This document shows positions 7,789 through 16,441 of a DNA stretch of 20,000 bases, piece after piece. Source of the DNA: an uncultured virus (IMG/VR IMGVR_UViG_3300028805_000099). Taxonomy: Duplodnaviria; Heunggongvirae; Uroviricota; Caudoviricetes; Crassvirales. The notes under the pieces were generated by a model, which was given only the letters and a program-made list of their open reading frames with translations, was not told where the DNA came from and did not search any database. The position numbers were made by a program, and so were the translations under genes. Location: IMG/VR virus record IMGVR_UViG_3300028805_000099, one strand, 5' to 3'. How positions within the stretch are numbered: the stretch's first letter is position 1; every line of letters starts with the position of its first letter.

Positions 7789-9815
7789 TGGTCTCCAACA
7801 GATGCTTCTGCTGGAATAGGCAATTTATGGTAAAATTTAGCTGCTGCATCTTGCATTATTTTTGATACTATATTTGGATAAGTATCTTTCAATTCTTTTG
7901 GAAATTCAGTATTGATTTCATCATGAGTAAAATTACAAAACAATATTTTATTAAAATAATTGTTATCTATAACCCAGTTAAAAAGATTTATTATAGCTGT
8001 CTTAAGGACAATGGCTCCTCCACCTTGTGTTGGGCTGTTTAAAGCAGCTCTATCCCAAGAAGATGCAGCTTTAAAATGATTTTTAACCATTATAGCAACA
8101 TCATCATTTGTTCCTTTATGATTTAATTTATAATCTTCCCAAAATTCTGGAGTAAATGAAGCTTGTCTTTTTTTCCATTCCTCCCAATCCCACCAATATT
8201 GTTTATGCCCAGTATCTTTCATTATAAGGACATATCCTTTATTTCTTACTTCTTTGCTTCCTCTTATTTTAAAAGCCGCTAAACCTGTCATTCCACTAAG
8301 CAGATTTGTAACTAATGTTCTTGCTTCTTCAACAGGTATACCTAATTGAGGAGCTACAGCAGTACCATCCGAACCAAATTGAACAGCAAATTCAATACTC
8401 TTCACTTTATTTCTTAAATCAGGCCTTTTGCTTTTTACATCCTTAGTATCAATATCTTTTAGTTCTTCAGAAAACACAGCTTTAGCATAAGCAGCATGAG
8501 AGTCACCTGAGCCATAAATGAATTCATCAAGTAATTTCTTTTCATTATATACTTCGGCACCTATTCTTGCTTCCATAGCACTATAATCACAACTACAGAA
8601 TAAATTTCCCTTTTCTGCAACAAAACATGCTCTGGTTTCTTCATCATGTGGAAGTTGTTGCATATTAACCATTTTAACTTCCTTTAGTTTCTTATACTTT
8701 GCTAAATCAGTATCTTCACCTGAGCCTGATGACATTCTTCCAGTTGAAGTACCTATTTGCCAATAACTGGTATGAAGTCTTCCTGTAACAGGATTAATTA
8801 AGTTCAAATGACCTTGACCAAAAGAAGTAGTAAGTTTATAATATCCTTGATAATCAAAGTATAAACTTAAAAATTTATCATCTATTCCTTTTTGAGTTTT
8901 AAGGTTCTTCTCTTGCACAGAGTCAGCTTCTTTATTTGTAACTTTGCTAACTGCAACTAAATTGAATCCAAGAGCTTTAAATACTTGCTTTGCTTCATCT
9001 TTTTGCCAATCTATTCTAAACTTTGGTGTTGGGTCAAATTCAGCAAATAAATCAAGCTGATTATCTACATATACCCACTTTTGTAATTTAGGATTTGATA
9101 TACAATAGTCATTCAAAGCTTTCAAAGACTTATCAAGATTCTCTTTGTCTTTTTGCATCTTGGCTTTCCATTTTGTTTCATCTAATTTTATTCCACACCA
9201 TTCTAGATAAGCCATTGCAGGTACTACATCACACTCTAGTTTAGCTCCAACTAAACATTCTTTTTCTTTGCATTCTTTTATTTGAGATTGCATTATATCA
9301 TAAAGAGGAACTACATCATTTGCAGCATATCTTATTACACTTTCATCTAGGCCTCTCCATATAATTTGGCCTCTTATAGACTTATCTATATTTTTATTTA
9401 ATCTTCTTAAGGCTACTGCTTGAAGACTATAAGATATTTGTCCAGGAGGAAACCCTAAATGCAGTACTTGCTCTACAGTCATAGTATCATATACCTTTCT
9501 TGGTATAATACCATAATTATAAAGAAACTGTAAGTCAAATTTAAGATTATGTCCTATTATATATTTATTCTCTAACAATTCTTTATACTTTAAAGGAGAG
9601 ACAGTGGTAGTATCAACTACCACTTGGTCTCTACCTTCAGTATCTCCAAATTGAATACAAAGCAAATTGCAAAGATGAGGATTCTTTCCATCAGTTTCAG
9701 AATCAAATTGAACCATAAGCCACTTGCTTATTTTATCAATAGACTCTTCTACTGAGATATTTTTTATCCCATCTAATTCAAAAAGACTTTGTTGTCCAGA
9801 TACCAAATAAATCAT
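7776..9815 (-). CDS. polA: Family A DNA polymerase with 3'-5' exonuclease domain
   Basis: ExoI DSET, ExoII HNLKFD, ExoIII YAANDV; TGRMSS; motif A DYSAMEAR; motif B R..K...F...FG; motif C HDE. Confidence 0.96.
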   Translation of the reverse strand: MIYLVSGQQSLFELDGIKNISVEESIDKISKWLMVQFDSETDGKNPHLCNLLCIQFGDTEGRDQVVVDTTTVSPLKYKELLENKYIIGHNLKFDLQFLYNYGIIPRKVYDTMTVEQVLHLGFPPGQISYSLQAVALRRLNKNIDKSIRGQIIWRGLDESVIRYAANDVVPLYDIMQSQIKECKEKECLVGAKLECDVVPAMAYLEWCGIKLDETKWKAKMQKDKENLDKSLKALNDYCISNPKLQKWVYVDNQLDLFAEFDPTPKFRIDWQKDEAKQVFKALGFNLVAVSKVTNKEADSVQEKNLKTQKGIDDKFLSLYFDYQGYYKLTTSFGQGHLNLINPVTGRLHTSYWQIGTSTGRMSSGSGEDTDLAKYKKLKEVKMVNMQQLPHDEETRACFVAEKGNLFCSCDYSAMEARIGAEVYNEKKLLDEFIYGSGDSHAAYAKAVFSEELKDIDTKDVKSKRPDLRNKVKSIEFAVQFGSDGTAVAPQLGIPVEEARTLVTNLLSGMTGLAAFKIRGSKEVRNKGYVLIMKDTGHKQYWWDWEEWKKRQASFTPEFWEDYKLNHKGTNDDVAIMVKNHFKAASSWDRAALNSPTQGGGAIVLKTAIINLFNWVIDNNYFNKILFCNFTHDEINTEFPKELKDTYPNIVSKIMQDAAAKFYHKLPIPAEASVGDHWIH

Positions 9816-10327
9816 TTGTCCTTTTGTTTTGGTTTAAATACCATCATTTTATCGTAGTCTATAACATACTTACTTGCTTGAAGGAAATTATTTCCAAGCA
9901 ATCCGTGTATTTCAATACCACTTTCTTCCTCTATTTGAGAAAAAGCGTGTTTGAAGTTAGCCAAAGGAAGTTCTATTTCAGTTACAGTTGTAGGAGTTTC
10001 AAGTTTTACCTCACAATATTCCGTTATTTCTTGATTTCCCCCTAAGCCAGTAACAGATTCATTACAGTTTTGGAATTTACATCCTAACTCAATAGCTGTT
10101 TGGGCATCTATATAAGAAATAGTACTTCCTGTATCCAATAAAAAATTAAGTTCTTTTCCATTACAAGTGAAAGGCACATATATAAGTCCAGTTTTACTAA
10201 TCTTTGTCTTAAATTCAGTTATATCGTGATAGTTGTTTGTTTCTTTAAATCTTAGCTTTCTATAATAAAATATTGTAGCTAATTCACAAGTAATTAATAG
10301 AAGACATACTATTAATAAAACTATCAT
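9812..10327 (-). CDS. Retropepsin-like aspartic protease with N-terminal hydrophobic anchor
   Basis: FLLDTGST catalytic motif, GLLGNNFL C-terminal motif, hydrophobic [12 protein letters not shown]. Confidence 0.85.
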   Translation of the reverse strand: MIVLLIVCLLLITCELATIFYYRKLRFKETNNYHDITEFKTKISKTGLIYVPFTCNGKELNFLLDTGSTISYIDAQTAIELGCKFQNCNESVTGLGGNQEITEYCEVKLETPTTVTEIELPLANFKHAFSQIEEESGIEIHGLLGNNFLQASKYVIDYDKMMVFKPKQKDK

Positions 10328-10516
10328 TTAACACCTGTGCTTCCAAATCCCCCATCACCTCTATCAGTTGACTGTAATTCACTCACTTCTTCAAACTCAG
10401 CTTTCTCCACCTTTGCAAACACCATTTGTGCAATTCTATCTCCATGATTTATAACGTAAGGCAGTGGAGAAGTATTATAAAGACATACTTTTATTTCGCC
10501 TCTATAATCTGCGTCT
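10324..10516 (-). CDS. dut: dUTPase exon 2
   Basis: Manual translation (I)[10 protein letters not shown]...GDRIAQMV...[12 protein letters not shown]: motifs III-V; missed by the ORF track. Confidence 0.95.
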
Positions 10517-10561
10517 CAATTTTATTATCGTATAAGTTCTTTATCTTATACTTCTACATCT

Positions 10562-11383
10562 TCATTTTGTTATACATGTAGTTTGGACTATATCTTCACT
10601 ATCATTATTGATAGGCAGGGCACTCGTGTCAACATTACTGTCCTCAGCATTATCTGTTAGGACTCGGTTGTTAGTCTCTGAACCCACGTAAATATTTCTA
10701 TAAACGCTTGGCTGCTGATTGTCCTCTTCAGGAGTTTCCAGCAATTCACCCTGTTTTACCACGACTTGACGCGTAATATCTAAATCTATAATTTGTTCAT
10801 AAAATTCTTTTTGTTCATTATTGCATAAGTCAAAAAACTATTCTCTTGATAATTTACCCGTATGCAATGCTGAAATTAATACATTTCCAAAAATTCTATG
10901 TATTAACATATGTGCATCTTTAGGAAGTAAAACTAAATTGTGTATATCATTGTTTGAATGATTTGCGTCTTTGTGGTGTATATGATAATTCTTTGGAAGA
11001 CTCTTTAAAGTTTCAAATCCAAAATATTCTTTTACAATATGTTTATGTAAATCTTTATCATTATCTTGAACACCGCATTCTTTTAATTTTTCTGCAACGC
11101 TTTTATAATTAGGATTACCTTTTCCAGTATTATTAATTGAACGCCATTTACTACTACAACTTGTATTACCACACGTTCTATGTTTATTTATATGGCTTTT
11201 CTTAACAAGATATTTCTTTCCACAAATTGGACATTCTAATTCAACTTTCTAATTATAACGCTTAGAATTATGTTTTCCTAAGCAGTTTCTACTACAACAT
11301 ACATATTTTTTAGCTCTACTTGGAAATACTAATTCGTGCTTTCCACATTCTGCACAAACAACTTCAACTAATTTACTTTGCAT
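10562..11383 (-). CDS. Intron-encoded Zn-finger/HNH homing endonuclease with two in-frame TAG codons (273 aa if read through)
   Basis: Manual translation: CAECGK..CCSRNC, CPICGK..CGNTSC, GKGNPNYK, IHHKDANHSNNDIHNLVLL...H...H. TAG at 11249-51 and 10838-40; no frameshift. Confidence 0.8.
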
Positions 11384-11417
11384 AATATACTTTATTTTAC
11401 AATAGATATTTACTGTG

Positions 11418-11449
11418 CAAAGATACAAATTATTTTAGATATTTACAAA
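11418..11449 (-). promoter_or_regulatory. Bacteroidetes primary-sigma promoter inside the dut intron
   Basis: TTTG (11449-46), 20-nt spacer, TATCTTTG (11425-18), matching the TTTG/TAnnTTTG consensus, about 35 nt upstream of ATG 11383. Confidence 0.75.
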
Positions 11450-11459
11450 TTTTTATTTA

Positions 11460-11719
11460 ATCGTGCCTGGAGTGTTAAGAACAGTTATTCCATGCTTTAC
11501 TGCCAATCCACTTCTTGGCCTTACTTGTCCTTCATATCCTACTGGTATTTCCATACTTATTCCAGTAGGAAATAACCAACGCTCATTAGGTTTAAGTATA
11601 ACACTTTGACACCCTTCTAAATAAGCATATAAATCTACTCCAGAACTCCCTTCTGTAGCATATTGAGGTACTTTACTGTCCTCATATAATTTCTTTATTT
11701 TAACTTTAATATCTTTCAT
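11460..11719 (-). CDS. dut: dUTPase exon 1
   Basis: Motifs I-II and start of III: SSGVDL, PRSGLA, LNTPGT(I). Confidence 0.95.
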
Positions 11720-12065
11720 AAAAATCTTCTAATCCTTTCTTATTTAAAATAAATAGTTTAGCATAAACGGTTGTTGTATTATCCTCTGGATTAAATTTGC
11801 TTGTAAGTTTAATATTGTCTCTAAATACCACATTTTTAGCAAGTTCATTATAAAGTGCATAATTAATATAGTCTCTTTGCCTAAACTCACTCTTAATTTG
11901 TCCAATATACTCACTCTCTGGTACTTTTATTGTACAAGATAATTTTGTAAAATTCCTTGGAGTGATATATACTGTTTTAGGTTCTAAATAAAAAGCAGTA
12001 TACCCAAATTTACAAGCTAACTTAAACAACCATTTGCTAAATTTATTGTTTGTTTTTAATTTCAT
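11706..12065 (-). CDS. Hypothetical protein
   Basis: 119 aa ORF overlapping both neighbours. Confidence 0.75.
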   Translation of the reverse strand: MKLKTNNKFSKWLFKLACKFGYTAFYLEPKTVYITPRNFTKLSCTIKVPESEYIGQIKSEFRQRDYINYALYNELAKNVVFRDNIKLTSKFNPEDNTTTVYAKLFILNKKGLEDFYERY

Positions 12066-12534
12066 TTTCCAACATTTCTATTTTATCATTAATATAGAAT
12101 ATTGCTTTTTTCAAATCTTCAATTGTCTTTTCCCCTTCAGTCATTGAAATATCTTTCTTATGTCCTGCTCTTAAGATATATTTCAATGTATTCCCCAAAT
12201 CAAAATCAAGATGCCTGCAAATATCAATAGGTTCTACACCACACAAATCTTTCAACCAAGTATAATGTGAAGGATGGTTTACATTATCTTTAATCTCAGA
12301 TTCTTCATTTGCACTTGAAAAATAAGTTATTTTATCTGGAACATCCTTATCTGTAAAATTATTTTTAACTGTTTCTTCAGTAAAATACTCAAGTACTCCT
12401 GCATCATTAACTATTGAGTATTTATATCCATCAGTATGTTCAAAGTCTTTACTTATTACCCTGTATAAATTCCCTTCAATAAATCTCGGTAATTTATTTG
12501 TTGTACATCTTACTACGGAATTCTCATCAATCAT
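12043..12534 (-). CDS. DUF3310 family protein (T7 gp1.7-like putative nucleotide kinase) with N-terminal extension
   Basis: VNHPSHY...E.ID...F.LGN.LKY..RAG.K...EDLKKA.FY signature. Confidence 0.85.
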   Translation of the reverse strand: MIDENSVVRCTTNKLPRFIEGNLYRVISKDFEHTDGYKYSIVNDAGVLEYFTEETVKNNFTDKDVPDKITYFSSANEESEIKDNVNHPSHYTWLKDLCGVEPIDICRHLDFDLGNTLKYILRAGHKKDISMTEGEKTIEDLKKAIFYINDKIEMLENEIKNKQ

Positions 12535-13027
12535 TATTATTTCCTTTCCAAAATTTATAAGTTATGTCTTCAAATTTAACTGGTTTTTTAGATATTTTCT
12601 TATACATTCTTTGATTTGTGGTCTTTTTGTTTAATGGCCCTAATGATTCTATATAGGGGCCAGTTTTAATATAATCAAACGAATTTGTTACTATTGGTCT
12701 GACAACAACATCCCCAAGACTATCTAAGCCAAAATACAATCCTGTATACCAAGCTGTCTTCAAACCAAATTTATGTACTGTAGTTGATAGTTCATATAAC
12801 TTCATTAAATCATTATCTCCTCCCATAAAACATACACAAGTAATTCCTTTGTTTTTGTCAATAAGCTCCTGCAACTTATCAACAGTAAGTTCTTCTCCTA
12901 CATCTTCCTGCAAATGTGGAGAATGGCATCCTTTACATCTATGATAACAATTACTAAGATTGATACATAAACTTATCTCATCGGGTACTTCGCTAAAAGT
13001 TACTTGAGTTTCTGTATATTTAATCAT
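12527..13027 (-). CDS. nrdG: Anaerobic ribonucleotide reductase activating protein (radical SAM)
   Basis: CYHRCKGCHS (CxxxCxxC), FMGGD, WYTG, KTGPY, TTNQR. Confidence 0.93.
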   Translation of the reverse strand: MIKYTETQVTFSEVPDEISLCINLSNCYHRCKGCHSPHLQEDVGEELTVDKLQELIDKNKGITCVCFMGGDNDLMKLYELSTTVHKFGLKTAWYTGLYFGLDSLGDVVVRPIVTNSFDYIKTGPYIESLGPLNKKTTNQRMYKKISKKPVKFEDITYKFWKGNNND

Positions 13028-13304
13028 AGTCTGAAATGTATTTTGAAGAGTTCAATTTAATTAACTTTCTTCTTTCACTTACTGTCATACCACACCACTT
13101 TTTGCAATGTTTAAGTGTTGTTTTTGAATAGTCATGATATCTTGTGAAGAAATAACCTTTTCCTTTAATAAATACACCTATTAAAGAGTTATAAGACATA
13201 CAAGTATTTCCATGTTCATAATAATCTATTTTATAGCTATTATTATAAGATGAGCTTGTAAACTTTCCTAAATTATTTAACAGGTCTTTAAGTTTAGTCT
13301 CCAT
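13020..13304 (-). CDS. Hypothetical basic protein between nrdD and nrdG
   Basis: 94 aa; SY....YSKTT.KH motif; overlaps the nrdG start. Confidence 0.75.
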   Translation of the reverse strand: METKLKDLLNNLGKFTSSSYNNSYKIDYYEHGNTCMSYNSLIGVFIKGKGYFFTRYHDYSKTTLKHCKKWCGMTVSERRKLIKLNSSKYISDYD

Positions 13305-13314
13305 AATATATAAT

Positions 13315-13342
13315 AAAAGCAGGAGTATTTCTACCCCTGCTT
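13315..13342 (-). terminator. Rho-independent terminator after nrdD
   Basis: GCAGGGGUA-GAAA-UACUCCUGC-UUUU on the minus strand. Confidence 0.8.
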
Positions 13343-13366
13343 GTTTGTTCCTTTTCTATATTTGAA

Positions 13367-14486
13367 TTAGAGTTTAATATCTTCTTCTTTGGTGTAGACT
13401 CTAGTCTTTTGTTCTATCTGTCTACCTTTTGACCAATTGTCTACGGCAGTAAGGTATCCAATTATTCGCGTCCAATACCTTATATTATTAGAGCCACATA
13501 TAGGACACTTATCTATTGGTGAATTTACTGTATGACCACAATCCTTACATTCACTCATTGGGATGTTGAAAGTAAAATAATTTGTGCCATTTGCTAATGC
13601 AAAATCCAGTATCTTAAGATATTGCTCCTTAGTCAAATGAGCATCCAAATTCACATGACAAGCTTGTCCTCCATCACTGAATTTGTTTATATCTCTTCCA
13701 TGAAGAGCTAGTTTATCTAACACTGATGTATTATCCCAAGGATTGTAAAAGTAACAGTTATATAGATTTTGGTCTTCTGGAACATAATAACCTTCCTTCT
13801 TATCTTTATCATAGAAACGAATGGCTGTTTGTTCTCCTGGAATACATTCACTATTGAATAAGAATGGTCTTTTCTTATCATTAATTGAATGTATCTTATT
13901 TTGTTCTTTGATAGTACCTAAAATAATAGATAAAAACTTCTTATATTCTTTATTGTTAGAAGTTTCTATTCCTAAAAACTTTGCTGCTTCAAAATATCCA
14001 ATTACTCCTATGGTACTATATAGTTTTTTCATATAGATATATCCTGCATTTGAAGCAGTAAACATTCCTTTGTCTTCATAATCATAAAGCATTGTTTTAA
14101 ATGCAATATGATATTTATATACTCTTTTAAGTATATTTATAAGATATTCTTTAAATCCTGACTGAGGAGCATAAAAAGTATGTAAATCAGCATAATCCGT
14201 TCCATTCATAGACTCTTTATACTCTTTACTCCAATCTTGAACAATTCTATTGATATTAAGAGTAATGACATTACAACTACCAGTCATAATACCAGTCATT
14301 CCTGTAGTTGAACTAAAAGTATTATCACTTATTTCATTCAAGACTCTACAACAACTTGCCAAAGACGATGGATTATCACTATTGTAGCAGAAGAAGCTTC
14401 CTCCTTTAGCCCATTCTTCAGCACATAACTCCTTATATTCCTTATCAAGGAATTCTTTGTTGTTATGTACCATTGCCATTGTTGTT
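13367..14486 (-). CDS. nrdD: Class III (anaerobic) ribonucleotide reductase, exon 2
   Basis: LASCCR, STIGVIG, IPGE, CxxC-CxxC Zn ribbon, glycyl radical TRIIGYL. Confidence 0.95.
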
Positions 14487-14639
14487 CATTTGTATTCCAC
14501 ATGAGTCGCTAATTCATATGCGTTCTCTTATGAACTGCTATATATTACTATATAGATTAGACTATATCACCTTCCATTTCTGGAAGCCTCCCATTTCCAC
14601 CCGCTTGAGTGTACTCCCTTTCGGGATAGTCGTTGAACC

Positions 14640-15188
14640 TTAGTTAATAAATTCCCATCTAAATCCAAAAGCTTTTCCATTTCTTTTTATTGCTCTACTT
14701 AAAGTAGATATGCTGCTATTTGTTTTTCCAAGATGTTTAACAGCTTCGTACATTGAAATGAAAATTTCTCCAGTGTCAATACATTTTACACCTTTTGAAT
14801 TTGATGGATGATGTTTGGAAGTATCATATAAACCTGTTTTAATAGCATGAATTGTGTTTTCCGAATATGTACACCATTCAAGATTTAAAACATTATTATT
14901 GCTTTTATTACCATCTATATGGTTTATACACGGTTTATTATCAGGATTTGGTATAAAAGTAATTGCAACTAGTCTATGAGCTTGGTATCTTTTCTTCACT
15001 CCATTTTTCATTAAAACAATTCTTTGGTAATTATCTTTTGTTGTTTCTGTTAAAAGATACTTTGCTGGATATTTCCTAGTACCATTGCTTTTATATTTAA
15101 TAATTCTTGGCAAACTTCTAAAATTTCCAAAATTACTTACTTGATAATAACCTTCATAAGAAGGAATGTCTTTCCAAATTTCATTCAT
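14640..15188 (-). CDS. Intron-encoded NUMOD4-HNH homing endonuclease (I-HmuI-like)
   Basis: EIWKDIP.YEG.YQVSN.G, HRLVA..F, INHIDGNKSNN...NLEW....N..HA; C-terminal NUMOD1-like domain; lies between Q and R (L6). Confidence 0.93.
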   Translation of the reverse strand: MNEIWKDIPSYEGYYQVSNFGNFRSLPRIIKYKSNGTRKYPAKYLLTETTKDNYQRIVLMKNGVKKRYQAHRLVAITFIPNPDNKPCINHIDGNKSNNNVLNLEWCTYSENTIHAIKTGLYDTSKHHPSNSKGVKCIDTGEIFISMYEAVKHLGKTNSSISTLSRAIKRNGKAFGFRWEFIN

Positions 15189-15212
15189 AACTCTTGGTTG
15201 CTAATTGTCCTG

Positions 15213-15244
15213 CAAAAATACAAAATTTTTCTTACATTTCCATA
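15213..15244 (-). promoter_or_regulatory. Putative Bacteroidetes promoter in the P5 region of the nrdD intron
   Basis: TATG (3/4 match to TTTG), 20-nt spacer, TATTTTTG (15220-13), 24 nt upstream of the HNH ATG. Confidence 0.6.
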
Positions 15245-15320
15245 CATTTGCATAGGATTTTTCAGCAGTTAAGGAGGTTTTCTTAATAAATTACTTTATT
15301 AAGCCGCAACTTTTATTTTT

Positions 15321-16438
15321 ACGGGAAACGTCAATGGCTTTATAAGCCTTAGTTCTCTATGTAATTCCATAAACATTCTTTGAAGAGTGTCAATGGCTTT
15401 CCATTCAGGTTGAGTACCATCAGGATAATAAAAGTCTCCAAATAATGCTTTGAAATATACTGAATCGTAGTAACTTACATTTGTGAATGGTGAATTATAA
15501 CTCCTATTACCAGCTGGCTGGTTCACCCCATATATGAACTGTTTCATTCCTTTACGAATGAAATATTTTACATCATGGTCTTTCTTTAAGTTTTTGGTTA
15601 CAATTTCATCCAATCTTTCATACCAATTCTCTCCGAATTCAGAAACTACATAATAATTAAGTGCAACAAAGTAATCTCCAAGAGCTACAGCACCTTTACA
15701 TTGGGAACTTAATAAAAATACAGCATTGGTAACTTGTCCACTGAAAGATTCAATATCGTTAGGAGCAGAAGGAGTGACTTTATCAAGATTGCCTACACCT
15801 TCAGTCATTAATGGATACAATGTAACTGCCTTACAATAATACTTAAGTACTGGAGAAGATGCTTCATCATGCACATAGATAATTCCATCTTTTAAATCTT
15901 GAGCATATTGGGAAGCTACCTCAGGAAACATCTTATTAAGTTGTTCCTTCATTCTATACCTTTGAATGGCCCTATTTGTTTGTTTATAGACTTCTCCTTC
16001 AAGATTGGCAACATTCTTTGTAGTTACATTGGAATTTGCGTCTGTTTCACTTGCAGAAGCTGCATTAGTGTCAGAATTACTATATTCATTCATATAGTCA
16101 ATTCTTTCTTTTAAGAATCTGACATTTTTATGCTCTGACCTATATAAGATATAGGCTTTTGCAGTTTTCTTAAGATTGAAATCCATTAATACATCTTCAA
16201 CACAATCTTGAATAAACTCAATTCCAACAGTATCTATATCAGTTGTAGGCTGCAATTTATTTGCTTTCTCTTCAATTTCACATTGTATCTCCTTAACAAG
16301 GTCATCTATGTCAAAACACTGTGTTTTCCATTGTGGTTCATTAACCTCGTTAAGGGCTTTTAAAAGTGCTGTTTTAATCTTCTCAATTTGATACTCTTGG
16401 ATAGTACCATCTCTTTTCTTTACTTTCTTAATCATCAT
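15321..16438 (-). CDS. nrdD: Class III ribonucleotide reductase, exon 1, with N-terminal ATP cone
   Basis: VKKRDG...IQD.VE..L...AKAYILYR ATP cone; IYVHD, YC, SPFTN, LTFPV. Confidence 0.95.
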
Positions 16439-16441
16439 ATG

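Larger units (their letters stand above)
10517..11459 (-). mobile_element. Group I intron (IA-like) in dUTPase, 943 nt
   Basis: P GAAUUGCUGGAAAC (10734-47), Q AAUCAGCAGCC (10710-20), R GGUUCAGAGACUA (10672-84), S AAGAUAUAGUCC (10585-96). 5' exon ends in U, intron ends in G; splicing restores GTIDADYRGE (150-aa protein). Confidence 0.93.
14487..15320 (-). mobile_element. Group I intron (IA2-like) in nrdD, 834 nt
   Basis: P1 CCGU/GCGG (15304-07), P2 hairpin, P (15255-70), Q (15196-206), R GGUUCAACGACUA (14627-39), P7.1 UCCC-GAAA-GGGA, S GAUAUAGUCU (14559-68). The U|...G| junction restores LTFPVTTMAM (745-aa NrdD). Confidence 0.93.

Noticed and set aside
10562..10762. Stand-alone 66-aa ORF
   Set aside because: It overlies the intron catalytic core and is the in-frame tail of the TAG-containing endonuclease ORF.
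11453..11719. Truncated dUTPase pseudogene
   Set aside because: Exon 2 and a complete group I core with canonical splice junctions are present.
13367..16438. Two separate nrdD genes or an intein
   Set aside because: An in-frame stop follows exon 1, RNA P/Q/R/S elements are present, and there are no intein terminal motifs.
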